From the NCBI GenBank assembly GCA_965199715.1, contig OZ241322.1:1310824-1374823 (forward strand): a DNA stretch of 64,000 nucleotides. The letters run 5' to 3'. Below are positions 20,569 through 29,863 of the stretch, one piece after another. A program made the position numbers and the translations under genes. Origin of the DNA: Vicinamibacteria bacterium. GTDB lineage: Bacteria > Acidobacteriota > Vicinamibacteria > Marinacidobacterales > Marinacidobacteraceae. Under the pieces are notes generated by a model. It worked only from the letters and a program-made list of their open reading frames with translations, ran no database searches and was not told the DNA's origin. Every line of letters begins with the position of its first letter. Position 1 is the first letter of the stretch.

Positions 20569-22404
20569 GTGCCGAACGCCGCGCTCGAAGCGAAGATCGC
20601 CCGGCTCCCGACCGGGCCCGGCGTGTACCTGTTCCTGTCGGCGGGCGGCGAGACGCTGTACGTCGGGAAGGCGCGCGGCGTGCGCGCCCGGGTGATGTCC
20701 CACTTCCGCGCTCCGGGCGCCGACGCCCGCCGGGAGCGGATGCTGGAGCGGATCGCGGACATCGAGGTCGTGGTCACCGATTCGGACCGCGAGGCGCTGC
20801 TGCTCGAGAACAACCTCATCAAGACCCGGTCGCCCCGCTACAACGTCCTGCTGCGCGACGACAAGAACCCGCCGATGGTGCGGCTCACGATGCAGGAGAC
20901 CTACCCCCGGGTCCACATCGTGAGGGGGGCGGGAAGCGACGGCGCGACCTACGCCGGGCCGTGGTACCCGGCGAGCCTCGCGCGGCGCAGCATGAGCCTC
21001 GTCCACCGGCTCTTCGGCATCCGGAACTGCCGCGAGCAGTTGAACGGGCGCCGGGCCCGCCCCTGCCTCCAGCACCAGATCCGCCGCTGCGTCGCGCCCT
21101 GCGTCGAGACGGTGACCACGCTCGAAGAGTACCGCCGGACCGCGGACGAGGCGCGCCTGTTCCTCCTCGGACGCACCGCCGAGCTGACCGCCTCGCTCAC
21201 CCGGCGGATGCGCGACGAGGCCGAGGCCGAGCGCTTCGAGGAGGCGGCGCGCCTGCGGGACAGCCTGCGCATGCTCGCCGAGATCCACGACCGCCAGAAG
21301 ATGGCCGGCGCCGACGGCCGGTCGCGCGACGTCTTCGGCTACCACCGGGAAGCCGACCGGGCGCACCTCCAGGTGTTCCTCGTCCGGGGCGGCAAGGTCG
21401 TGGACCGGGACAGCTTCGCGCTCTCGCGGCTCCTGGTTCCCGAGGACGAGGACCTGGTGCAGGCCGCGATCAAGCGCTTCTACGCCTCCGGCCGCACGCC
21501 GCCGGCGCGGATCGAGGCGCCGGTGGACTTTTCCGACCGCGAGCTGCTCGAGGAGTGGCTCTCGGAGCAGCACGGCGGGAAGGTCTCGATCCTCGTGCCG
21601 GTGAAGGGCGCGCGCCGCCGGATGGTGGATCTGGTGTGCCGCAACGCCCGGATCGCGTTCGACCTCGACTTTCGCGAGGCGGGCCGGCGCGGCCGGGCCC
21701 GCGTCGGAGCGCTGCAGGCGGCGCTGAGCCTCGCCGAACCGCCCCGCAGGATCGAGGCGTTCGACGTCTCGGGCTTCCACGGACGCGAGATCGTGGCCTC
21801 GATGGCGGTGTTCGAGCGGGGCGAGCCGCTCCCGTCCGCCTACCGGCGGTTCCGCATCCGCAGCGTGCGCGGCACGTCGGACGACTTCGCGTCGATGCGC
21901 GAGGCGGTGCTGCGCCGGTATCGCCGGGTGCTCACCGACGGGCAGGAGCTGCCCGACCTGATTCTCGTGGACGGAGGCCGGGGCCAGCTCTCCTCGGCGG
22001 CTTCCGCGCTCCACGATCTCGGCCTGACCCATATCCCCCACGTCGGCCTCGCGAAGCGCGAGGAGGAGATCTTCGTGCCGAACTCGCCGGATCCCTTGCG
22101 CCTCGAGCGGAGTTCGCCGGCGCTCCAGTTGCTCCAAGCGGCGCGGGACGAGGCGCACCGGTTCGCGGTCACCTTCCACCGCAAGACCCGCAAGGAGTCC
22201 ACGCTGCGCTCGGCGCTGGACGCGGTCGCCGGGATCGGCCCGAAGCGGCGCCAGGCGCTGCTGTCCCGGTTCGGGAGCCTCCGCCAGATCGCCGAAGCCC
22301 CGGAGGCCGACCTGGCCGGGCTCGTCGGACCGGCGCTCGCGAGCCGGCTGAAGAGCCGCTTCGGCGCGCCCGGACCCGAATCTGATAGGGGGTCCGCTCC
22401 CTAG
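20569..22404 (+). CDS. uvrC: Excinuclease ABC subunit C
   Basis: GTG start chosen so the N-terminus aligns with E. coli UvrC GIY-YIG domain (PGVY, YVGKA); C-terminal RNaseH-like and (HhH)2 domains; only 25 bp from the divergent qor start. Confidence 0.85.
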   Translation: MPNAALEAKIARLPTGPGVYLFLSAGGETLYVGKARGVRARVMSHFRAPGADARRERMLERIADIEVVVTDSDREALLLENNLIKTRSPRYNVLLRDDKNPPMVRLTMQETYPRVHIVRGAGSDGATYAGPWYPASLARRSMSLVHRLFGIRNCREQLNGRRARPCLQHQIRRCVAPCVETVTTLEEYRRTADEARLFLLGRTAELTASLTRRMRDEAEAERFEEAARLRDSLRMLAEIHDRQKMAGADGRSRDVFGYHREADRAHLQVFLVRGGKVVDRDSFALSRLLVPEDEDLVQAAIKRFYASGRTPPARIEAPVDFSDRELLEEWLSEQHGGKVSILVPVKGARRRMVDLVCRNARIAFDLDFREAGRRGRARVGALQAALSLAEPPRRIEAFDVSGFHGREIVASMAVFERGEPLPSAYRRFRIRSVRGTSDDFASMREAVLRRYRRVLTDGQELPDLILVDGGRGQLSSAASALHDLGLTHIPHVGLAKREEEIFVPNSPDPLRLERSSPALQLLQAARDEAHRFAVTFHRKTRKESTLRSALDAVAGIGPKRRQALLSRFGSLRQIAEAPEADLAGLVGPALASRLKSRFGAPGPESDRGSAP

Positions 22405-22417
22405 AATTCCGGGGAAG

Positions 22418-23413
22418 ATGGCGAGGCGACCGCGGCTCTTCTCCGGGATGCGGCCCACGGGGTCGTCGCACCTCGGCCACTTCGTCGGGGCGTACCGCAA
22501 CTGGGTCGCGATGCAGGACGACTACGAGGCGTTCTACTGCATCGTGGACTGGCACGCCCTCACCACCGACTACCGGGACACGTCGGAGCTCGACGCGAAC
22601 GCGCTGGAGATCGCGACCGACTGGCTCGCGGTCGGCCTCGACCCGGACCGCAGCGCGCTGTTCGTGCAGTCCGCGGTGAAGGAGCACGCCGAGCTGCACC
22701 TGCTGCTGTCGATGGTCACGCCGATCCCGTGGCTGGAGCGGGTGCCCACCTACAAGGACCTGATGCGGGAGCTGAAGGACCGCGACATCCACACCTACGG
22801 ATTCCTCGGCTATCCGGTGCTCCAGGCGGCGGACATCGCGCTCTACGACGCGGCGGTGGTGCCGGTGGGCGAGGACCAGAAACCCCACGTGGAGCTGACC
22901 CGCGAGATCGTCCGGCGGTTCAACTCGGTCTTCGGCGAGGTTCTCGTGGAGCCGCAGGTGCGCCTCACCGCGACGCCCCGGCTGCCCGGCACCGACGGAC
23001 GGAAGATGTCGAAGAGCTTCGCGAACGTCATCGGGATCGCCGAGGAGGAGCCCGACCTCCGCCAGAAGCTGAAGACGATGCAGACCGATCCGGCGCGGAT
23101 GCGGCGCCGCGATCCGGGGAACCCGGACGTCTGCCCGGTGTTCGACCTCCATCGGATCTTCTCGGACGAGGAGACGCGGGCGTGGGCCGCGGAGGGCTGC
23201 CGGACCGCCGGGATCGGCTGCATCGAGTGCAAGAAGGCGCTCGCGGACCGGGTCGCCGTCGAGATGCGGCCCATCGCCGAGCGCCGCCGCCGTTACGAGG
23301 CCCGGCCCGACGACGTGCGGGACGTGCTCGTCGCCGGGCGGAAGACGGCCGCCGAGGCGGCCGCCAAGACCATGGAGCGGGTGCGCAGCGCCGTGAGGCT
23401 GCCGGCGGGATGA
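22418..23413 (+). CDS. trpS: Tryptophan--tRNA ligase
   Basis: 331 aa; class I aaRS motifs (GSSHLGH, KMSKS). Confidence 0.9.
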   Translation: MARRPRLFSGMRPTGSSHLGHFVGAYRNWVAMQDDYEAFYCIVDWHALTTDYRDTSELDANALEIATDWLAVGLDPDRSALFVQSAVKEHAELHLLLSMVTPIPWLERVPTYKDLMRELKDRDIHTYGFLGYPVLQAADIALYDAAVVPVGEDQKPHVELTREIVRRFNSVFGEVLVEPQVRLTATPRLPGTDGRKMSKSFANVIGIAEEEPDLRQKLKTMQTDPARMRRRDPGNPDVCPVFDLHRIFSDEETRAWAAEGCRTAGIGCIECKKALADRVAVEMRPIAERRRRYEARPDDVRDVLVAGRKTAAEAAAKTMERVRSAVRLPAG

Positions 23414-24186
23414 CGCTCCTCTACCTCCCCGAGACGATCGCCGCCGCCCCCTTTCCGGGGTACCGCATCCGCATTCCGGGCCACGGCTTCGACGGCCCGC
23501 TCGACGTCCTTGTCCGCATGGTGCGCGAGGGCCGCGCCGATCCGCTCGAGATCCAGGTGGCCGCGATCACCCGGCAGTATCTCGAGACGATGCAAGTGAT
23601 GGAGACGCTGGACCTCCAGGTCGGCTCCGAGTTCCTGCGGCTCGCGACGGTGCTGGTGCGAATCAAGGCGCGGCGGCTCCTGCCCCGGCCGTCGGGGGGA
23701 GACGCGCGCACGGAAGAGGAGCTGCTCGCCGACCTGAACGCGCGGCTCGCCGAGTACGCCCGCTACCGCGAGGCGGCGATCTCGCTCCGGCGAAGCCTCG
23801 AGACCCGCGGCGCCATGTGGGTCCGGCCCCGGACGGCGGACGTCGGCGCGCCGCCGCCTGCCGAGACCCTGGCCGAGGTGGACCTCTTCGCGGTCGTCGA
23901 AGCGTTCCGCCGGGTGGCCGAGCGGGCGCGGGCGCGGCCCCGGGTGCGCCCGCCCCGGGAGGCCATCTCGGTGGCGTTCGTCATGCGGCGCATCGAGGAA
24001 GCGGCGCCGCCCGGAGTCCGGCGCGACTTCGAGGACCTCTTGGAGGCGGTGCTCGCGGGCCAGGTGGAGCGGTCGGCGCTGATCGCGGCGTTTCTGGCGG
24101 TACTGGAGCTCGCCCGCCGCCGCCGCATCATGGTGGTGCAGGATCTTGACTTCGGACCCATCTGGATCGTCGGACGCGAGCCCTGA
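23410..24186 (+). CDS. scpA: Segregation and condensation protein A
   Basis: ATG overlapping trpS stop (ATGA); ScpA family (DGPLDVLVRMVREGRADPLEI); first 227 codons of track ORF 22729..24186 are a spurious extension. Confidence 0.8.
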   Translation: MTLLYLPETIAAAPFPGYRIRIPGHGFDGPLDVLVRMVREGRADPLEIQVAAITRQYLETMQVMETLDLQVGSEFLRLATVLVRIKARRLLPRPSGGDARTEEELLADLNARLAEYARYREAAISLRRSLETRGAMWVRPRTADVGAPPPAETLAEVDLFAVVEAFRRVAERARARPRVRPPREAISVAFVMRRIEEAAPPGVRRDFEDLLEAVLAGQVERSALIAAFLAVLELARRRRIMVVQDLDFGPIWIVGREP

Positions 24187-24709
24187 GCTCGCCGCCGCCC
24201 TCGAGGCCCTGCTGTTCGCGCACGGCGCTCCCATCGCCGCGAAGGGGCTGGCGACGGCGCTCGACAAGGATCCCGACGCGGTCCGCAAGGCGCTCGTCTG
24301 GCTGGAGGCGCGCTGCGACCTGCCCGGCTCCGGGCTGAGGCTGGTCCGCGTGGCGGGCGGCTACCAGTTGGTCACCCGCGCCGAGCATCGGGACGCGATC
24401 GCCCGGCTGCTCGCGCCCAAGAAGGAGGGGTCGCTGTCCCCGCAGGCGATGGAGACCCTGTCGGTGATCGCCTACCGTCAACCGATCACGATGCCCGAAC
24501 TCAACGACCTGCGCGGGGTGCATTCGCAGGCGGTGGTGGGCACGCTGATGCGCGAGCGCCTCGTCGAATCGCGCGGGCGCAAGCCGGTGGTCGGGCGGCC
24601 GCTGCTCTACCGGACCACGCCCCTGTTTCTCGAGCGGTTCGGCCTCGACCGGATCGACGATCTGCCGCAGCTTCGGGAAGTGGGGGGCGAGGAGCCCGAG
24701 GAATCCTGA
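24146..24709 (+). CDS. scpB: Segregation and condensation protein B
   Basis: TTG start as called by track (overlaps scpA by 41 nt); ScpB winged-helix motifs (LEALLFA, ETLSVIAYRQPIT). Confidence 0.75.
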   Translation: MTSDPSGSSDASPELAAALEALLFAHGAPIAAKGLATALDKDPDAVRKALVWLEARCDLPGSGLRLVRVAGGYQLVTRAEHRDAIARLLAPKKEGSLSPQAMETLSVIAYRQPITMPELNDLRGVHSQAVVGTLMRERLVESRGRKPVVGRPLLYRTTPLFLERFGLDRIDDLPQLREVGGEEPEES

Positions 24710-26178
24710 TGACGTCCGAACGGCTCCAGAAGCTGATCTCCGGTGCCGGCGTCGCTTCGCGCCGGGCCGCCGAGAGGCTCATCGCCGAGGGCCGGGTGAC
24801 CGTGGACGGAGAGGTGGTCCGCGCTCGGGGCGTTCGGGCCGATCCCGAACGGAACGACATCCGGGTGGACGGGGCGCGAGTGCGGCCCGCCCGCAAATCG
24901 CGGCGCTACGTGGTCATGAACAAACCCATCGGCGTGCTCACGACGCGCTCGGATCCGTCGGGCCGCCCGACGGTGACCGGGCTCCTGCCGCCGGGGCTGC
25001 GCTCGCTCTACCCGGTGGGGCGGCTGGACGGCGCGACTTCGGGGCTGCTGCTGCTGACCGACGACGGCGAACTCGCCGAGCGGGTCGCGCATCCGAGGTA
25101 CGAGCTGCCCAAGATCTACTACGCGACCGTGCGCGGGCTACCCGAGGAGAGCGTGCTCGAGCGGGCGCAGAAGGGCGTGCGCGTGGACCGGCAGCCCCTG
25201 CGGCTCGACAAGGTGGAGGTGCTCGCCCGCTATCCGCACCGGGCGGAGAAGAAGAACCGCGCCCGGCTGCGGATCACGCTGCGGGGCGGGCGCAACCGCG
25301 AGATCCGGCGGGTGCTCTCGGTGTTGGGACACCCGGTGATGGAGCTGCACCGGACCCGGATCGGAAGCCTCGCGGACCGGGGCCTCGCTCCCGGCAAGTT
25401 CCGCAAGCTGGCGCTGGAGGAGGTCGAGGAACTGCGAAAGCAGCTCGGCTTCGTCCCTGCGCCGACGGCGGAGCCCGAGGCGGAACCCGCCCCCGCCGGG
25501 CCGCCGCCCTTCGTGATCGCGATCGACGGACCGGCCGGGTCGGGCAAGACCTCGCTCGCCCGGGCGGTCGCGGGGCGGGGCGGACTCGCGTGGTTCAACA
25601 CCGGAGCCGCAGTGCGGGCGGTGGCGCTGCTCGGCCTGCGCCTCGGCATCCCGCTCGACGACCCCGACGCGCTCCGGCCCCTCGTCTGGCGGGTGTTCCT
25701 CGGGACCGACGGGACCGTGTTTCTGGACGGGGAGGACGTCTCGGCGGCGGTGCGCGAGCCGGAAGTGGGCCCGGCGGCGTCGCAAGTCGGCGTGCACCCC
25801 GAGCTGCGGGAGCTGTTCGTGGCCCGCTGGCGCGAGGCCGCCGCGGGCGGCGGGGTCGTGGAGGGGCGGGACATCGGAACCGTGGTGTTCCCCGAAGCGC
25901 CGGTGAAGGTCTTCCTCGAGGCGCGGCCCGACGTGCGCGCCCGGCGGCGCTCGAAGGACGAGGGCGGCGACGTGGCCGACGTTCAGGAGGATCTGAAGAA
26001 GCGGGACGCCGCCGACTCCGGCCGCGCCGCCGCCCCGCTCGCCCGGGCGAAGGACGCGCACCGACTGGACACGAGCGACCTCACGCTGGAGGAGACCGCC
26101 GACCGGGTGCTGGCGCTCGTGGAGGCCGCCCGCGCTGTGCAGAATCGTGACAGAATGTCACGAACTCACCCAGAATGA
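24709..26178 (+). CDS. Bifunctional fusion: pseudouridine synthase RluB-like (S4 + PseudoU_synth_2) fused to cytidylate kinase (Cmk)
   Basis: Single 489-aa ORF with no internal stop; N-terminal S4/RsuA-family region ([13 protein letters not shown] catalytic Asp), P/A/E-rich linker, then P-loop kinase [13 protein letters not shown]... typical of Cmk. TGATG overlap with scpB stop. Confidence 0.75.
   Translation: MTSERLQKLISGAGVASRRAAERLIAEGRVTVDGEVVRARGVRADPERNDIRVDGARVRPARKSRRYVVMNKPIGVLTTRSDPSGRPTVTGLLPPGLRSLYPVGRLDGATSGLLLLTDDGELAERVAHPRYELPKIYYATVRGLPEESVLERAQKGVRVDRQPLRLDKVEVLARYPHRAEKKNRARLRITLRGGRNREIRRVLSVLGHPVMELHRTRIGSLADRGLAPGKFRKLALEEVEELRKQLGFVPAPTAEPEAEPAPAGPPPFVIAIDGPAGSGKTSLARAVAGRGGLAWFNTGAAVRAVALLGLRLGIPLDDPDALRPLVWRVFLGTDGTVFLDGEDVSAAVREPEVGPAASQVGVHPELRELFVARWREAAAGGGVVEGRDIGTVVFPEAPVKVFLEARPDVRARRRSKDEGGDVADVQEDLKKRDAADSGRAAAPLARAKDAHRLDTSDLTLEETADRVLALVEAARAVQNRDRMSRTHPE
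26147..26161. promoter_or_regulatory. 15-bp perfect palindrome GTGACAGAATGTCAC, candidate operator for the HTH-bearing methyltransferase
   Basis: Read directly; 13 nt upstream of the MTase ATG, within the last codons of cmk; GACA-N3-TGTC core resembles operators bound by N-terminal HTH regions of SsoII-type C5-MTases. Confidence 0.4.
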
Positions 26179-27434
26179 CGCGCGCTGGCAGCCACACCTA
26201 CGTTCATGAGCTCGTAGCCCGGTGCGGCCTGCGTCTTGAGGAGGCATCCGAAGTGCTCGGCGTCAGCCCCCGCACCGTGCGCCGCTACATGAACGGCGAG
26301 ACGGAGCGGGTCGATCCTCTGAAAATCGAGAGGCTGCGCGACTTCGCAGCGGTGCGGGGATTGGGCCCCGTGGGACGGCGCTTCCGATTCGTGGATCTCT
26401 TTGCCGGGATCGGCGGTCTGCGCCGCCCGTTCGAGGAGATCGGCGGACAGTGCGTCTTCAGCGCCGAGCGGGATCGGTTCGCACGCCAGACGTACGCGGC
26501 GAACTTCCCCGAGGCCCCCGGCAGCGAACACGCATTCGCGGAGGACATCCGTCCTTGGGCGGCGACGCCGGAGCGGATTCCCTCCCACGACGTGCTGCTG
26601 GCCGGGTTTCCCTGCCAGCCGTTCTCAATCGCCGGCGTGTCCAAGAAGAACGCCCTCGGCCAGCCGCACGGGTTCCGCTGCGAAACGCAGGGAACGCTGT
26701 TCTACGACGTGGCCCGGATTCTGGAGCATCACCGGCCGGCGGCGTTCCTCCTCGAGAACGTTCGCAACCTCAAGCGGCATGATCGGGGCCGGACGTTCGC
26801 GACGATCATGGGAGTCCTGAGTCGCGAGCTTGGCTACAACGTCGTCACGCGGATTATCGACTCGTCCCCGTGGGTGCCCCAGAAGCGGGAAAGAATCTTC
26901 ATCGTGGGCTTCCGGGACGTAACCCCGTTCGATTTCGACGCGCTGTCGTACCCGGCGGAGCCGCCGCCCGTGCTCGGAGACATTCTCGAGGCCGAGGTCG
27001 ATCCCAAGTACACCCTGTCGGCCCACCTGTGGGAGTACCTCGTCGCGTACAAGGAACGCCATCGGCGGGCGGGCAACGGCTTCGGCTACTCGCTGTTCGG
27101 TCCGGGGGACGTGGCGCGCACGCTGTCGGCGCGGTACCACAAGGACGGCTCCGAGATCCTCATCCGGCAGCAGGGAACCCGCCCCCGCCGCCTGACGCCC
27201 CGCGAATGCGCCCGGCTCATGGGCTTCGAGGAGCGAGGGGCGCCGCGCTTCCGCATCCCGGTGTCGGACACCCAGGCGTACCGGCAATTCGGCAACGCCG
27301 TGGTCGTCCCGGTCGCACGTGCGGTGTCTCGCCTGATGGATTCCCACATGGGCCTTGATCGCAGCGGTTTCGCAGGTGATCGGCCAGCGAGGTACGTCGG
27401 CCCGCTCCTCAAGGGTCACGCGGCGAACTGGTGA
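26175..27434 (+). CDS. dcm: DNA (cytosine-5)-methyltransferase with N-terminal HTH regulatory region (Dcm / M.EcoRII / M.SsoII-like; CCWGG or CCNGG specificity inferred)
   Basis: ATG overlapping cmk stop (ATGA). C5-MTase motifs [33 protein letters not shown]; N-terminal [22 protein letters not shown] helix-turn-helix. Lower GC than flanks. Confidence 0.85.
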   Translation: MTRAGSHTYVHELVARCGLRLEEASEVLGVSPRTVRRYMNGETERVDPLKIERLRDFAAVRGLGPVGRRFRFVDLFAGIGGLRRPFEEIGGQCVFSAERDRFARQTYAANFPEAPGSEHAFAEDIRPWAATPERIPSHDVLLAGFPCQPFSIAGVSKKNALGQPHGFRCETQGTLFYDVARILEHHRPAAFLLENVRNLKRHDRGRTFATIMGVLSRELGYNVVTRIIDSSPWVPQKRERIFIVGFRDVTPFDFDALSYPAEPPPVLGDILEAEVDPKYTLSAHLWEYLVAYKERHRRAGNGFGYSLFGPGDVARTLSARYHKDGSEILIRQQGTRPRRLTPRECARLMGFEERGAPRFRIPVSDTQAYRQFGNAVVVPVARAVSRLMDSHMGLDRSGFAGDRPARYVGPLLKGHAANW

Positions 27435-27449
27435 TACAAGTGCGCCGTA

Positions 27450-27911
27450 GTGAACGTTTCCGCGCAGCGGAGCCGCATGATGGCGAGCGTCCGGAGCGCC
27501 GACACGAGGCCCGAGCGAACCGTCCGGTCTGCGCTGCACCGGCAGGGGTTTCGATTCCGGCTGCATCGACGCGACCTTCCCGGCACGCCGGACCTGGTCT
27601 TTCCCAAGCACCGGGCCGTCCTGTTCGTGCACGGCTGCTTCTGGCACGGCCACGACTGTCACCTGTTCCGTTGGCCACGCACGCGAGCTGACTTCTGGCG
27701 AACCAAGATCACTGCGAACATCGACCGCGACCGGCGCCAGATCACCGCACTCCGGCAAGCCGGATGGCGCGTGGGAACCGTTTGGGAGTGCGCACTGAAG
27801 GGCCGGGAGCGGCTTCCGGAAGATCGGGTCGCGGAACAATGCGCGGAGTGGCTCCGGTCGGGCGAGGCGGGGATGGAGATCCAGTGCGGTGAAGCGTGGA
27901 ACCCTGCGTGA
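27450..27911 (+). CDS. vsr: Very short patch repair endonuclease (Vsr)
   Basis: GTG start; collinear with E. coli Vsr including FVHGCFWHGH and WRVGTVWECAL motifs; 15 bp after MTase stop. Confidence 0.9.
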   Translation: MNVSAQRSRMMASVRSADTRPERTVRSALHRQGFRFRLHRRDLPGTPDLVFPKHRAVLFVHGCFWHGHDCHLFRWPRTRADFWRTKITANIDRDRRQITALRQAGWRVGTVWECALKGRERLPEDRVAEQCAEWLRSGEAGMEIQCGEAWNPA

Positions 27912-29097
27912 CCACTTCGCTCGCGTAGCGGTCAAGCGCCTCACGGCGCACGAGACCGACCCTTCCGTCTCGCACGGACATGAGATCCAGGCCACGACCG
28001 AACTCAGGAGGCGAGTCCTCGGAGAGGTAGAGGGCAAACCGGCGACGGTCTATCTCTACCTCGGAGATGACGAGGACGGCATTTCCGTCAGGGACACCGT
28101 GACGCTCTACGACGCACGCGCCGACGATCCAAAACGCGCCCCGGAGTGGCGTCTCTACTACAAGGACAACGCGGTCACCGACGCGATGGCCGAGGGCGAC
28201 TCGCTCTTCCTCGCGGCGGACAAGGATGGGTTGCTCTACTTCGTGGTCGCGGCCGCCGGGTCCACGAGCGAGCGCCAGTTGCGCTGGCTGTTCGACCTGC
28301 AGCCCGAGGGCCGCCGGTTCGTCACCAAGGACGTACCCGACAGCGGCCCGGAAATGGGCCTCGCGGCCCACTACGTCCTTGGCGAGCTCGGCATCGGAGT
28401 CAAGCACGCGGATCCGGAGTGGCTGGACCACATCATCAGGAATCTGGAGGAGTTTCCGAAGACCGCCGAATTCTCGAAGCTCGCACGCTCGACGCTCCCG
28501 AACGTGGACGCCAGGGAGGAGCCCGACCGTGCGCTCGAGGCTTGGCTGAAGCACGAGGAAGCGTTGTTTTTTCGGCTGGAACGAAGGCTCGTCGGCGACC
28601 GATTGAAGGCCGGTTTCACCACCGACGACGAGCCGGACGTGGAGGGCTTCATGAAGTTCTCCATGGGTCTCCACAACCGGAGGAAGGCGCGGATGGGCTA
28701 CGCGCTCGAAAACCACCTCGAGGCCGTGTTCCAGGCGCACGACGTCCAGTACACACGAGGTGCGATCACCGAACGGCGCCGCCGGCCGGACTTTCTCTTT
28801 CCGAGCGTCGAGGCGTACCGCGCCGGGGCTCCGGACCTGACCATGCTGGGCGCAAAGTCCTCATGCAAGGAGCGCTGGCGGCAGGTTCTCGCCGAGGCGG
28901 AGAAGATTCCGCACAAGCACCTGCTGACGCTCGAGCCGGGAATCACCGAGCCGCAGACGGCGGAGATGCAGGCGCACGATCTGCAACTCGTCGTCCCGCT
29001 GGGGGTCCACCAAACCTATACGGACACGCAGGGGGCGTGGCTGTGGAACCTCGGCGACTTCATCCGGCATGTGAAGGGTAAGGCCTTTTCGCCGTAG
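27889..29097 (+). CDS. Type IIE restriction endonuclease, EcoRII-like (N-terminal effector DNA-binding domain + C-terminal PD-(D/E)XK catalytic domain)
   Basis: 402 aa (EcoRII is about 400 aa); C-terminal region matches EcoRII-C strongly from memory (NRRKARMG, RPDFLFPS, SCKERWRQ, HLLTLEPG, LQLVVP); GTG start overlapping vsr by 23 nt. Confidence 0.7.
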   Translation: MKRGTLRDHFARVAVKRLTAHETDPSVSHGHEIQATTELRRRVLGEVEGKPATVYLYLGDDEDGISVRDTVTLYDARADDPKRAPEWRLYYKDNAVTDAMAEGDSLFLAADKDGLLYFVVAAAGSTSERQLRWLFDLQPEGRRFVTKDVPDSGPEMGLAAHYVLGELGIGVKHADPEWLDHIIRNLEEFPKTAEFSKLARSTLPNVDAREEPDRALEAWLKHEEALFFRLERRLVGDRLKAGFTTDDEPDVEGFMKFSMGLHNRRKARMGYALENHLEAVFQAHDVQYTRGAITERRRRPDFLFPSVEAYRAGAPDLTMLGAKSSCKERWRQVLAEAEKIPHKHLLTLEPGITEPQTAEMQAHDLQLVVPLGVHQTYTDTQGAWLWNLGDFIRHVKGKAFSP

Positions 29098-29119
29098 CGA
29101 CCGGGGGGCTGGACAGGTC

Positions 29120-29128
29120 TGGTAGAAT
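29120..29128 (+). promoter_or_regulatory. Candidate extended -10 promoter element (TGGTAGAAT) for cdnL
   Basis: Read directly about 52 nt upstream of cdnL ATG; no convincing -35 hexamer. Confidence 0.25.
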
Positions 29129-29179
29129 GCTCCGTTGATCGTAATTCCGCGTAGTCGGAGGGGTTGAGCAGTACGCCAG

Positions 29180-29827
29180 ATGCAATCGTTCAAGACGGGT
29201 GACAAGGTCATTTACCCCAACCAGGGGATCGCGGTGGTCGAGAACATCGACAAGTCGGGGAAGGACGAGACCGCCACGGTCTTCTACCGGCTGCGGCTGC
29301 TCGCCAAGTCCACGCTGGTGATGGTTCCGGTGACCAAGGCCGAGGAGGTCGGGCTGCGCCCGATCATGACCGAGGGCGAGGTCGAGAAGGTGTTCGACAT
29401 CCTCGAGCGGGGTCCGGTGGACGAGCACGTCAACTGGAAGACCCGCTTCAAGGACAACTCCGACCGGATGAAGAGCGGCTCGCCGGTCGAGGTCGCCGGC
29501 GTGCTCAAGGGGCTCCACTTTCTCGACCAGAAGAAGAACCTCTCCTTCCGCGAGAAGCGGATGTTCGACCGGGCGCACCAGCTCACCGTGACCGAGCTGG
29601 CCGAAGTCGCCGACGAGTCGCTGGAGGAGGTGGAGCGCAAGGTCAAGGAGGCGCTGGCGCGAAACCGCGGCGCGGACGCCGACCAGGAGAATTCGACGCG
29701 GGGCGAGGAAGGGCGCGGCGCCACTCCGGTCAGCCACACGTTCCCCGACCGGCGCGGCCGCAGGCAGCCGGCGAGGGAGTCGGGCAGCCGGCGGCACGTC
29801 AAGATTTCGATCAACCGCTACTACTGA
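29180..29827 (+). CDS. cdnL: CarD/CdnL-family RNA-polymerase-binding transcription factor with C-terminal basic extension
   Basis: N-terminus MQSFKTGDKVIYPNQGIAVVENI and EKRMFDRAHQL match the CdnL/CarD_TRCF fold; about 50-aa R-rich C-terminal tail. Confidence 0.8.
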   Translation: MQSFKTGDKVIYPNQGIAVVENIDKSGKDETATVFYRLRLLAKSTLVMVPVTKAEEVGLRPIMTEGEVEKVFDILERGPVDEHVNWKTRFKDNSDRMKSGSPVEVAGVLKGLHFLDQKKNLSFREKRMFDRAHQLTVTELAEVADESLEEVERKVKEALARNRGADADQENSTRGEEGRGATPVSHTFPDRRGRRQPARESGSRRHVKISINRYY

Positions 29828-29863
29828 CCCCGCCCGGGTAGCCAGAAAGCCGGATTCAGGCTG

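Noticed and set aside
19623-22385. 920-aa plus-strand ORF, and similar long R/P/G-rich ORFs (5702..7897, 12855..15164, 15785..17050, 20554..22500, 43519..46155, 60523..62574)
   Set aside because: They overlap well-supported genes on the same or opposite strand, have Arg/Ala/Gly/Pro-dominated composition and no motifs; this is the classic high-GC open-frame artefact.
26166-26588. Minus-strand 140-aa ORF opposite the MTase 5' end as a possible C (controller) protein
   Set aside because: No HTH; composition is junk-like. The HTH is instead fused in frame to the MTase N-terminus.
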